DNA from: an uncultured Chitinophagaceae bacterium
GTDB lineage: Bacteria; Bacteroidota; Bacteroidia; Chitinophagales; Chitinophagaceae
Reading direction: 5' to 3'
DNA: 64,000 nt
Assembly (NCBI GenBank): GCA_903830285.1
Contig: CAIKTE010000180.1
Location: forward strand, 2,660 to 66,659
Position numbers and translations under genes: made by a program. Below the pieces are notes generated by a model. The model searched no databases. It was not told where the DNA came from and was given only the letters and a program-made list of their open reading frames with translations. Each line of letters begins with the position of its first letter. Position 1 is the first letter of the stretch. Of this stretch, positions 19,882 to 28,535 are shown one piece after another.

Positions 19882-20418
19882 TTGACAGAATTTGAATTGA
19901 TCAAAGGCTGTGTCAAGCAAAATACAAGCTATCAGCGTATGCTATTTGAGCAATATGCAGGTAAATTCATGACCGTATGCTTAAGATATGCCAATGATTC
20001 TATGGAGGCTGAAGATATGTTGCAGGAAGGGTTTATCAGAATATTCAATAATATCCATCAATTTAAGTTTGAAGGGTCTTTTGAAGGTTGGATGCGCCGT
20101 ATAGTGGTAAATGTTGCTTTAAAGCATTTGCAGAAAAAGAAATTGCAATTCAGTGAGATCAAAGAAAATCATGCTGATACTCCTGCCATACAAGCATACG
20201 CTTATAATCATCTAGGAGAAGAAGAAATACTGAAACTGATCAATCAATTACCTGAAGGCTATAAAATTGTTTTTAACCTGAATGTAATTGAGGGTTATAG
20301 CCATGAAGAAATTGCCAAACTATTGAATATACAACCCAGCACGAGCAGAAGCCAATTGGTTAAGGCCCGCAAAATGCTGCAACAACAAATTGTACACTTA
20401 CAAAAAATAGCTGTGTAA
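19882..20418 (+). CDS. ECF-type RNA polymerase sigma-70 factor
   Basis: Region 2 CLRYANDSMEAEDMLQEGFIRIF. Region 4 EGYSHEEIAKLLNIQPSTSRSQLVKARKML. TTG start per the track. Confidence 0.9.
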   Translation: MTEFELIKGCVKQNTSYQRMLFEQYAGKFMTVCLRYANDSMEAEDMLQEGFIRIFNNIHQFKFEGSFEGWMRRIVVNVALKHLQKKKLQFSEIKENHADTPAIQAYAYNHLGEEEILKLINQLPEGYKIVFNLNVIEGYSHEEIAKLLNIQPSTSRSQLVKARKMLQQQIVHLQKIAV

Positions 20419-21920
20419 TGCCTGAAAAATTATTCGACAATTTTATTAGGAGCAGATTAAACGACTACTCCTCCCCTGTGCCGGATGGCTTATGGGAAAA
20501 AATTGTACAGGATAATTTTATCAGGACTGAGTTAAACAATTATTCCGCACCTGTGCCGGATGGCTTATGGGAAAAAATTGTACGCGAGAAAGGCCATCGT
20601 CCTACAGGATTTTGGTGGACTAATAATGCTCGTTTATTAACTGCTCTTGGTATGATCATTCTTTTAGCTAGTGGTTTCTATTTTTTAAATACTCAAAAAC
20701 AAAGCATTGTAAAAAATAATTCTACTCATTTAAATAATACAAAGCAATCTGATCAAAACAATCTTTCACTGCAGGATAAGAACAAAGCTGAAAGCAATGC
20801 TGTTAGCAATGACAGATCAACATTTACAGATACCGAAATCAATACTGTCGCATCATCTGCAAATACAACAGCAAGAAAAAAAGATCTGTCCAATATCAAT
20901 TCAGGTTTTTATGACAGCAGGAATAACAAAGCATTGATCTCTTTCATGCAAAACAAAAACGAGCAAAGCAGTGCTGCAATTCCAGCAACAGAAATTGCCG
21001 ACAATGAAACAGGATTGAACGCAGGAAATGAAATGCAGCATTATTATTCTCAGAAAAAACTGAATGGGGAATTGCTTTCATCATCAGGAAATATTTACAG
21101 TCTTAATAATTTACATAATCCGCCGCTTAATCTAAGGACGATATTTGGATTAGGAAATGACTGTCCGAGTGCAAACGGCACTCAAAGAAATGACTGGTAT
21201 CTTGAAGTGTACGGATCACCCGATTACAGCATAAAAAGCTTGTCAGGCAATGGTTTGAACAGTGTCTATATTCAGAAAAAAGACAGTGCCGAAAAAATGT
21301 ATGGGGGCTTTACCATTGGTGCCAAGATCAGTAAAAATGTAGGTGATCATTTTATGCTCAAAGCCGGTTTACAATATTCTCAACTGAATGAAAAATTTGC
21401 TCTACAAACTGAAAGCGAAAGAAGAACAACTGTTGTGATCGTGAGCAGAACTGTAATCAGGCCGCAGGGTGATACTACATTCAACGATACCACATCAGTA
21501 ACTCAGATCGGTTATGCAGTCAGAAAGAGTATCAACAATTACAAGAATTTAGAAATACCTATCGGCATCGGTTATGAATTTGGAGAGGTGAAAGACAAAT
21601 GGAAAGTCGCAGTGAATGGCGGTATCATACTGAATGTAACATCCTGGTATAATGGAGTAACCTTAGACACAGCCTATAATGTTGTATCCGTTAATTCTAA
21701 AGGCAATAATGGTTTCTACAGCAGAAATACGGGGCTAAGTTTGTATGGGAGTGTAAGCCTGATCAGAAATATCAATGAAAAAATCGATGTTTTTGCAGAA
21801 CCATATTTCAGATTGGGATTATCAAGCATTTCAAGTAATATAGGTTACAGCCAGAAATTCAATGCTGCAGGTATATCATTGGGTGTTAGAATGAAATTGA
21901 ATAAAAAGCAGCATTTATAA
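20418..21920 (+). CDS. putative anti-sigma-like membrane protein with C-terminal outer-membrane beta-barrel-type domain
   Basis: TAATG overlap with the sigma gene. Two 25-aa N-terminal repeats (..PVPDGLWEKIV..), one TM (LLTALGMIILLASGFYFL), an S/N-rich linker, and a C-terminal region of alternating-hydrophobic strands (YGGFTIGAKIS, LKAGLQYSQL, AAGISLGVRMKL). Confidence 0.7.
   Translation: MPEKLFDNFIRSRLNDYSSPVPDGLWEKIVQDNFIRTELNNYSAPVPDGLWEKIVREKGHRPTGFWWTNNARLLTALGMIILLASGFYFLNTQKQSIVKNNSTHLNNTKQSDQNNLSLQDKNKAESNAVSNDRSTFTDTEINTVASSANTTARKKDLSNINSGFYDSRNNKALISFMQNKNEQSSAAIPATEIADNETGLNAGNEMQHYYSQKKLNGELLSSSGNIYSLNNLHNPPLNLRTIFGLGNDCPSANGTQRNDWYLEVYGSPDYSIKSLSGNGLNSVYIQKKDSAEKMYGGFTIGAKISKNVGDHFMLKAGLQYSQLNEKFALQTESERRTTVVIVSRTVIRPQGDTTFNDTTSVTQIGYAVRKSINNYKNLEIPIGIGYEFGEVKDKWKVAVNGGIILNVTSWYNGVTLDTAYNVVSVNSKGNNGFYSRNTGLSLYGSVSLIRNINEKIDVFAEPYFRLGLSSISSNIGYSQKFNAAGISLGVRMKLNKKQHL
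20442..20591 (+). repeat. 75-bp tandem duplication (2 x 25 codons) inside 20418..21920
   Basis: A 34-bp block, cctgtgccggatggcttatgggaaaaaattgtac, is identical at 20475-20508 and 20550-20583. The other half of each unit has diverged. Confidence 0.9.
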
Positions 21921-21949
21921 ACAAAAGCATATCTACTATTAACCCTGAG

Positions 21950-22933
21950 ATGAAAAAAATATTGTACATACTATTCATTACTGTTCTTCTGAATTCCTGT
22001 AAAAAAGAATTCTCGGATAGTTTTACACCATACCCTACGATGGGTATCAATGATACGGTTTGGACCAATAAACCATTAACTAATGGTTTTATGGATTCTA
22101 TCTCATATGCAATCAATAATACAGTATGGTTTGTTGATTCTTTTAATACTGTACAGGAAAAGAAATTTAAATTGAATGATAGTTTGGAGATATCCTTCCC
22201 GTCACATTCGTATAGTTCTCCCAATAATCCCGGTCCACTTCCCGATGGCATTATCAAAGTTGAAGTATTGGCAATTCAGAAAAAGGGAGATTATATAAAA
22301 TCTTTAATTCCCACTTCCAGCAAAAATTATTTATTGGAAACAACAGGCTCATTTTTTGTACGGCTATCCAGATACGGGCAAGAAGTAGTGATGGCAGCTA
22401 ACACCGGATTTAATATTAGGTGGAGAGATGATAATCCCAGGACAAACCTGAAATTTTTTGAAGGTGCATCTATACCTAACAAAGATTCACTGTTTACTTG
22501 GCTTCCTGCTCCTACTGATGGTTATATTACTGTTTGGGATTCCACTTCATTAGGAGCCAATAAGAAAGGTTATCAGTTAACTTCTAAAAGCACAAATTGG
22601 CTAAGCAGCAGTAGTTTTATTGATACTTCATATGGCACTACCAGATTGAATGTTACGCTGCCTTTAAACAGTACAAATAAGAATACAATGGTGTTTGCGG
22701 TATTCAATGATAAAAGAACTGTTGTGAGACTAACAACAGATTTTGTAACACGTTCTTTTTATTGTATGAATGTTCCTCTGAACAGTAGTGTAACAATTCT
22801 ATCCATATCATTGATCGATAATGAATTCTATTTAGGAACAAGATCTGTAATTGTAAAGAATGCCGACCGATTCACTGTAACACCGGCAAAGAGTTCGGTT
22901 GGGAATATTATAAGTGTACTTGATAATTTGTAA
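21950..22933 (+). CDS. hypothetical lipoprotein
   Basis: MKKILYILFITVLLNSC lipobox. No recognisable domain. Confidence 0.65.
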   Translation: MKKILYILFITVLLNSCKKEFSDSFTPYPTMGINDTVWTNKPLTNGFMDSISYAINNTVWFVDSFNTVQEKKFKLNDSLEISFPSHSYSSPNNPGPLPDGIIKVEVLAIQKKGDYIKSLIPTSSKNYLLETTGSFFVRLSRYGQEVVMAANTGFNIRWRDDNPRTNLKFFEGASIPNKDSLFTWLPAPTDGYITVWDSTSLGANKKGYQLTSKSTNWLSSSSFIDTSYGTTRLNVTLPLNSTNKNTMVFAVFNDKRTVVRLTTDFVTRSFYCMNVPLNSSVTILSISLIDNEFYLGTRSVIVKNADRFTVTPAKSSVGNIISVLDNL

Positions 22934-22936
22934 TGG

Positions 22937-23908
22937 TTATTGCATTTCTTTTTTGAAATCAAACAAAGTAGCAGTGAATATGGCCCTTTCGCGTTTCTTG
23001 AAGATCGCATCCCAGTTGCCTTTATAACGTAACACTTTAGGAACAGTCAGGTCTCCTATCTTGGTCATTTCTACTTCCATACTTACATCAAAACTGTAGA
23101 ATCCTGCTTTATAACTCAATGAATAATTTCTTGCCAACACTTCCAATGATTTGATCTCGAACCAGGTTGTCATTTCATCAACCACCACTTCATCACGTTT
23201 AAATAGTCCCAGATCTTCTTTAGGTATAATTGAAAACTGGTAACATAATTTGCCCTGATATTCAACAACATCTAATTTGTAATCGTAGATCTTTCTCGCA
23301 TGATCATCATAGAGGTCCAATTTATTTCCAATAAACGGTATACCCGGTATTTTTTTACCCGGATTGAAGAACAGCATCTTTAATTGTTCTTTATACTTTT
23401 CCATTCCTTTTTTATCGCTAACTGTAAGATTTCTTCCTTTTACAATATTATTCTCGCCACAGATCTTCCCTTTCGTAAAGAACAAACCGGCATATAGTTC
23501 AGGAGTCAAATAATTATAATTTCCCTGTTCATCAAAAAAGTCACCTGTAACCTTCTGTTCCTGCACTTCCATTGTTCTGCAACCGCTGCTGCGTGTCTGC
23601 TTGGTCTTGCTGTATAAAGAAGCTTTTACAGCCCCTTTTTTGTCCAGCATTTTAATATCGTTATAAGAAGAGAAATTGAGAATGCGCAGGTTGCGGAACG
23701 CTTTGTAAAATGTAGTGTCTTCCTTTATTTGTTGTAATAATTTTTTATAATCAAAATTATTTCTGACCCATACGTCGGGAAGAGTTACTTTTTTATTGTC
23801 GATAAATACTGTAGTGTCATTTTTTTTATCAGTTTCAATTTTAGTTTGCTGTGCAAAAGAAAATTGAGTGATGAAAAGGGAAAGAAATATTAATAGTAGT
23901 TTGATCAT
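22937..23908 (-). CDS. hypothetical secreted protein
   Basis: Signal peptide MIKLLLIFLSLFITQFSFA. Its start overlaps the def stop by 4 nt (ATGA-type coupling). Confidence 0.65.
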   Translation of the reverse strand: MIKLLLIFLSLFITQFSFAQQTKIETDKKNDTTVFIDNKKVTLPDVWVRNNFDYKKLLQQIKEDTTFYKAFRNLRILNFSSYNDIKMLDKKGAVKASLYSKTKQTRSSGCRTMEVQEQKVTGDFFDEQGNYNYLTPELYAGLFFTKGKICGENNIVKGRNLTVSDKKGMEKYKEQLKMLFFNPGKKIPGIPFIGNKLDLYDDHARKIYDYKLDVVEYQGKLCYQFSIIPKEDLGLFKRDEVVVDEMTTWFEIKSLEVLARNYSLSYKAGFYSFDVSMEVEMTKIGDLTVPKVLRYKGNWDAIFKKRERAIFTATLFDFKKEMQ

Positions 23909-24483
23909 TTAGGGAAAACCATTTTATAATCGACTTTTATCTTGCCTTTATTGATATCATTCAATTTACGCTGCAATAATTTCTTCTTCAACGGTTTCAA
24001 ATAATCAATGAAAAGCTTTCCTTCAATATGATCATATTCATGCTGAATAATTCGTGCAGTGATCCCGTTGAAAATTTCTGTATGCTGAACAAATGCTTCA
24101 TCATAATATTCGATCACCACTTCCTCGGGGCGTAAAATATCTTCCCGTATTTTAGGAATGCTTAAACAGCCTTCATTATACGACCATTCTTCGCCATTCA
24201 ATTCTGTAATATGCGCATTGATAAATATTTTTTTAATCCCGGGTTCATCAGGATATTTTCCAAGTTCATCTTCTTCCAACCCATCAAATATCTGGGAGCT
24301 GTCCATCACGAATATTCGGATATTCTTATTGATCTGGGGAGCGGCCAAACCAACTCCATTACTGGCATACATGGTTTCCCACATATCGTCAATGAGCGTG
24401 TTTAGATCCGGATGATCTGAAGGAATTTCCTGCGCTACTTTTCTTAATATCTGAGCACCATAGGCTACAATGGGTAAAATCAT
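23905..24483 (-). CDS. def: peptide deformylase
   Basis: GVGLAAPQ, EGCLSIP and QHEYDHIEG motifs. Track ORF extends to 24537, but MILPIVAYGAQILR (24483) is the typical Def N-terminus. Confidence 0.92.
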   Translation of the reverse strand: MILPIVAYGAQILRKVAQEIPSDHPDLNTLIDDMWETMYASNGVGLAAPQINKNIRIFVMDSSQIFDGLEEDELGKYPDEPGIKKIFINAHITELNGEEWSYNEGCLSIPKIREDILRPEEVVIEYYDEAFVQHTEIFNGITARIIQHEYDHIEGKLFIDYLKPLKKKLLQRKLNDINKGKIKVDYKMVFPK

Positions 24484-24552
24484 GAATAGTACATATTTTT
24501 TGACCGAATGCCGCAAAAATAGCTGCAAATAGCGCAATCAGCAAATCATAAA

Positions 24553-24966
24553 TCAAGGGTGGTTTTGAAGGTATTCCTGGAGCATGATGGTGGCTGCGAT
24601 CTGGTCTATATTGCCTTTCACTTGCCTATCCTTCTTTTTCATGCCCATTTCTACCATGGCTCTTGATGCCATTTTAGAAGTGTAGCGTTCGTCTACTGTT
24701 TGAATGGGAATAGTGGGGAACTCCTTTTTCAATCGAACGATCGCCTGTTTTACCAAAGGAGTGGCATGGGTGGCAGAATCGTCCAGATTCAAAGGTTCGC
24801 CTATCAATATTAGTTCAACATCTTCCTGCTGAAAATATTTTTTCAAGAAAGAAAAGAGGTCTTTGGTCTCTACAGTAGTTAAAGCGGTGGCAATGATCTT
24901 GAATGGATCAGTTACTGCTAATCCGGTTCTTTTTCCGCCATAATCGATACAGATAATTCGAGACAT
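24553..24966 (-). CDS. ruvX: Holliday junction resolvase-like nuclease RuvX (YqgF)
   Basis: IICIDYGGKRTGLAVTD opening and ...VDERYTS..A, the YqgF family signature. Confidence 0.9.
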   Translation of the reverse strand: MSRIICIDYGGKRTGLAVTDPFKIIATALTTVETKDLFSFLKKYFQQEDVELILIGEPLNLDDSATHATPLVKQAIVRLKKEFPTIPIQTVDERYTSKMASRAMVEMGMKKKDRQVKGNIDQIAATIMLQEYLQNHP

Positions 24967-24969
24967 AAT

Positions 24970-25040
24970 GAAGTACGATTTACGAAGTACGATTTATGAA
25001 GTACGAGGTATAAAAAAGTTCGTACTTATAACTTCGTACA
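24970..25040. repeat. cluster of five GAAGTACGA-type 9-mers (three direct at 14-bp spacing, two inverted)
   Basis: GAAGTACGA at 24970, 24984 and 24998. TCGTACTT at 25020 and ACTTCGTA at 25031. The cluster fills the ubiA-like/ruvX intergenic gap. Confidence 0.85.
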
Positions 25041-25041
25041 T

Positions 25042-25962
25042 CTAACTTAAAAACAGATCCGCAATCACAAAAACCGCAAACACAACACTTGCGATACCGT
25101 TAGCTGTCATGAATGCAATATTAACTTTACTTAGGTCATTAGGCTTTACGATAGAATGCTGATAGATCAACATTCCGACGAAAACAGCAATTCCTATCCA
25201 ATAGATCCAATGAAAATTTCCATAAAGACCTGCCGCTACCACACATCCTGCGCTTAGAACATGCAACAATTCCGAAACATGCAATGCTTTTGCCTTTCCC
25301 ATTGCAGACGGGATGGAGTATAATTTTTGTGATTGATCGAAATCGATATCCTGTAAAGCATAAATGATATCAAAACCACTTACCCAAAATACAACAGCGA
25401 ATGAAAATAAAATGGGTAATACTGCAAATACACCCGTTACTGCTAAATAAGCACCGATGGGCGCTAATGACAAACCAATACCCAGCACCAGATGACAGAG
25501 TGGGGTGAAGCGTTTGGTAAAACTATAAAACAAGATGACGAATAATGCAACAGGTGATAAATAAAAACAAATATTGTTAATAAAGAAACAAGAGACAAGA
25601 AACAAGAGACAAGAAAGGATCACGAAACGTAATGCACTGTTTGGAGAAATAATGCCTTTGGGAATTTCCCGAATGGCTGTTCGAGGATTTTTTTCATCAA
25701 AACTCCTGTCCAGATATCGGTTGAAAGCCATGGCCGCACTACGGGCTGTGACCATACAAATAATAACAAGGATAAATTTTGCTACTAAAAACCAGTAAGG
25801 AGAAGATATATTTTCAGGTTTTTGAAATGGATTTCTCCCCCACCATTCTCCAGTATGAAAACTTTCCTTCATACCCAGAAAAAAGCCAATGAGAGCAAAA
25901 GGCATTGCGAATATGGTATGTGAGAATTTTACTAAGGATAAATAATTTTTGATAGCGGTCAT
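25042..25962 (-). CDS. UbiA family aromatic prenyltransferase (4-hydroxybenzoate polyprenyltransferase-like)
   Basis: LVKFSHTIFAMPFAL opening, NRYLDRSFD (NxxxDxxxD) and a second Asp-rich box YALQDIDFD, about 8 TM helices. I prefer the start at ATG 25962. Confidence 0.85.
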   Translation of the reverse strand: MTAIKNYLSLVKFSHTIFAMPFALIGFFLGMKESFHTGEWWGRNPFQKPENISSPYWFLVAKFILVIICMVTARSAAMAFNRYLDRSFDEKNPRTAIREIPKGIISPNSALRFVILSCLLFLVSCFFINNICFYLSPVALFVILFYSFTKRFTPLCHLVLGIGLSLAPIGAYLAVTGVFAVLPILFSFAVVFWVSGFDIIYALQDIDFDQSQKLYSIPSAMGKAKALHVSELLHVLSAGCVVAAGLYGNFHWIYWIGIAVFVGMLIYQHSIVKPNDLSKVNIAFMTANGIASVVFAVFVIADLFLS

Positions 25963-26022
25963 AGTAGATAGTTCATGGTTGATCGAAAACAAAAATAAGG
26001 TTGATAATTATATTTTGGGCTA

Positions 26023-26562
26023 TTACCTATTACCTATAAACAATGATTTTCTCACTAATTCCCACAACACTATGCCTGCAGCAACAGAAATATTGAGTGA
26101 GTGTTTCATTCCCAATTGAGGTATTTCAATACAACCATCGCATAAAGGCAATAAACTCGCATCCACTCCTTCTACCTCATTCCCAAAAATGACAGCCATC
26201 GGTTCATTTATTGCAGGAAATTTTTCTAATGAAATACTCCCTTCGGTTTGCTCCACTGCAAATATTTTATACTCTCTTTCTTTTAATTGCTGAATGGCTT
26301 CTGTAGTCGTTGCAAAATGGATCCAGTCAACTGTTTCTGTTGCACCCAAAGCCGTTTTGTGAATATCCCTATGGGGTGGTTGTGGCGTATACCCGCATAA
26401 ACAAATGGCTTCAATCAAAAATGCATCAGATGTGCGGAAAACGCTTCCCACATTATGCATGCTGCGAATATTATCCAATACAACGATAATTTTATTTTTA
26501 TCGGCCTGTCTGAATTCTTCTACAGATTTTCGCCCCAATTCATCCATTGATAATTTTCGCAT
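26023..26562 (-). CDS. TrmH/SpoU family RNA 2'-O-methyltransferase
   Basis: VLDNIRSMHNVGSVFRTSDAF, VIFGNEVEGV and SLNISVAAGIVLWE, the three SpoU motifs. Confidence 0.88.
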   Translation of the reverse strand: MRKLSMDELGRKSVEEFRQADKNKIIVVLDNIRSMHNVGSVFRTSDAFLIEAICLCGYTPQPPHRDIHKTALGATETVDWIHFATTTEAIQQLKEREYKIFAVEQTEGSISLEKFPAINEPMAVIFGNEVEGVDASLLPLCDGCIEIPQLGMKHSLNISVAAGIVLWELVRKSLFIGNR

Positions 26563-26664
26563 GGCGGCAAAGGTAACTCACCATTGGTGGAATATTTACA
26601 AGGTTTAGCCGAATTTTTGCATTTATCGGCTTAATAATTTTTATCTTACTCAAAACATCAAACC

Positions 26665-28263
26665 ATGAGAAAAATAACTGTCTTCAGCATTTTGTTGCTT
26701 TTTTGCTTTCACAACAATATTATCGCGCAAACAGAAAAGATCGATAATACAACCATTGAAAAGATCAAAGATGAAGGATTAAAACATTCGCAGGTTATGG
26801 ATATTATTTTCCACCTTACAGATGCGAGTGGCAATCGCCTAACCAATTCACCCGGTTATTTCCGTGCGGCCAATTACGCAAAAGAAACACTTGCAAATTG
26901 GGGTTTGAAGAATGCAAAACTCGATCCATGGGGTGAATTTGGTAAAGGATGGGAACTGGAAAAAAGTTATCTGGCCATTACAGCTCCTTACTATAAATCA
27001 TTGGAAGCTTATCCTAAAGCATGGTGTGCCGGAACCGATGGTTTGAAAAATGCTGAAGTGGTCGCAGTAACTGTAACTGATTCTGCAGCATTAGATGCCT
27101 ACAGAGGCAAACTGAAAGGCAAAATCATTGTGATCGATAAATTAGATACTTACAAACAAAGTTTCAAAGCAGACGCATCCCGTTATACCGACGAAGATTT
27201 GACAAAAATGTCAAATGCTCAACCACAGGAACCCAGACAGCAGGCTAATCCAAATGATACTGCTGCAGCAAGAAGACAGAGAGAACAATTTCAGCAGCGT
27301 GGAGCACAGCAACGTGTGTTGAATACTTTAAAGGATATAGCAAAGAGTGAAGGCGCATTGGCCATACTTAGCAGCAGCACAAGATTTCATGATGGCACTT
27401 TATTCACACAAGGCGGCGGTGGTTATAAGGGAAGCGACCCTGAAAATTTTCTTGATATTGTCATTGGCATTGAAGACTACAATACCATTCTACGTTTGGT
27501 GAAAGCAGGTACTCCTGTTAAATTGGATGCAGATGTAAAAACAAAATTCCATTCAAAAGATCTTCAAGGATATAATGTAATAGCAGAAATTCCGGGAACC
27601 GATCCAAAACTAAAAGATGAAATAGTAATGATCGGTGCACATCTCGATTCATGGCATACAGGAACAGGGGCAACAGATAATGCAGCAGGAAGTGCCGTAA
27701 TGATGGAAGCTATTCGCATTATCAAAACCTTGGGCATTCAAAATAAAAGAACCATCCGTATTGGTTTATGGGGCGGCGAAGAAGAAGGTTTATTGGGATC
27801 AAGAGGTTATGTAAAGAAAACCTTTGCTGACCCAACTGTAATGCAATTATCAGCAGAACATGAAAAATTCTCTAGCTATTTCAATATTGATAATGGAACA
27901 GGGAAAGTTCGTGGTATTTATTTACAAGGAAATGAAGCAGAGCGGAATATTTTTGCACAATGGTTCGCTCCTTTAAAAGATATAACCGACGGAACGATCA
28001 CCATCAGCAATACAGGAGGAACAGACCATCTTTCTTTTGATGCGGTGGGCCTTCCTGGTTTCCAATTCATTCAGGATCCGATGGAATATGATACGAGAAC
28101 ACACCACAGCAATATGGATGTGTATGATCATCTCAGTGAAGATGACTTGAAACAAATCGCAACTGTTGTGGCCACATTCGTTTTTGATGCATCACAAAGA
28201 GCCGAAAAATTACCGCGTAAAGAGTTGCCAAAACCAAGACCTGCCGGGCAAAGAGGATTTTAA
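26665..28263 (+). CDS. M28 family metallopeptidase with PA (protease-associated) domain, secreted
   Basis: Signal peptide. HLDSWHTGTGATDNAAGSAVMME, WGGEEEGLLGS and GGTDHLSF, the M28 zinc-ligand blocks. Confidence 0.88.
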   Translation: MRKITVFSILLLFCFHNNIIAQTEKIDNTTIEKIKDEGLKHSQVMDIIFHLTDASGNRLTNSPGYFRAANYAKETLANWGLKNAKLDPWGEFGKGWELEKSYLAITAPYYKSLEAYPKAWCAGTDGLKNAEVVAVTVTDSAALDAYRGKLKGKIIVIDKLDTYKQSFKADASRYTDEDLTKMSNAQPQEPRQQANPNDTAAARRQREQFQQRGAQQRVLNTLKDIAKSEGALAILSSSTRFHDGTLFTQGGGGYKGSDPENFLDIVIGIEDYNTILRLVKAGTPVKLDADVKTKFHSKDLQGYNVIAEIPGTDPKLKDEIVMIGAHLDSWHTGTGATDNAAGSAVMMEAIRIIKTLGIQNKRTIRIGLWGGEEEGLLGSRGYVKKTFADPTVMQLSAEHEKFSSYFNIDNGTGKVRGIYLQGNEAERNIFAQWFAPLKDITDGTITISNTGGTDHLSFDAVGLPGFQFIQDPMEYDTRTHHSNMDVYDHLSEDDLKQIATVVATFVFDASQRAEKLPRKELPKPRPAGQRGF

Positions 28264-28285
28264 CTTATTATAAATCATTTTTTTA

Positions 28286-28312
28286 AAAGGCTTGCTTTTG
28301 CAGGCCTTTTTT
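28286..28312 (+). terminator. Rho-independent terminator after the M28 peptidase gene
   Basis: AAAGGCTTGC-tttt-GCAGGCCTTT (one G.T pair), followed by TTT. Confidence 0.7.
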
Positions 28313-28521
28313 ATTAAGAAGAAATAGAAAAGGGCAATTTTGATTTTATTAATATAAATCAGTTAAGGTATCTCTATCGTTACACTAATAGCTGAATATT
28401 AACAGCTCGAAGAATCCCACATATTACTCGAGCGGTGCAACAGCAACTTAAATCCTATTTGGAATGGTTAAATAATTTTCCCCAAATAACAATTCAGCTG
28501 ATTAACCTTTCAACCAAGTGC

Positions 28522-28529
28522 TATATTTG
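28522..28529 (+). promoter_or_regulatory. candidate -7 promoter box (TATATTTG) abutting the mutS start
   Basis: Exact TAnnTTTG match ending 6 nt before ATG 28536. Confidence 0.3.
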
Positions 28530-28535
28530 TCACCC

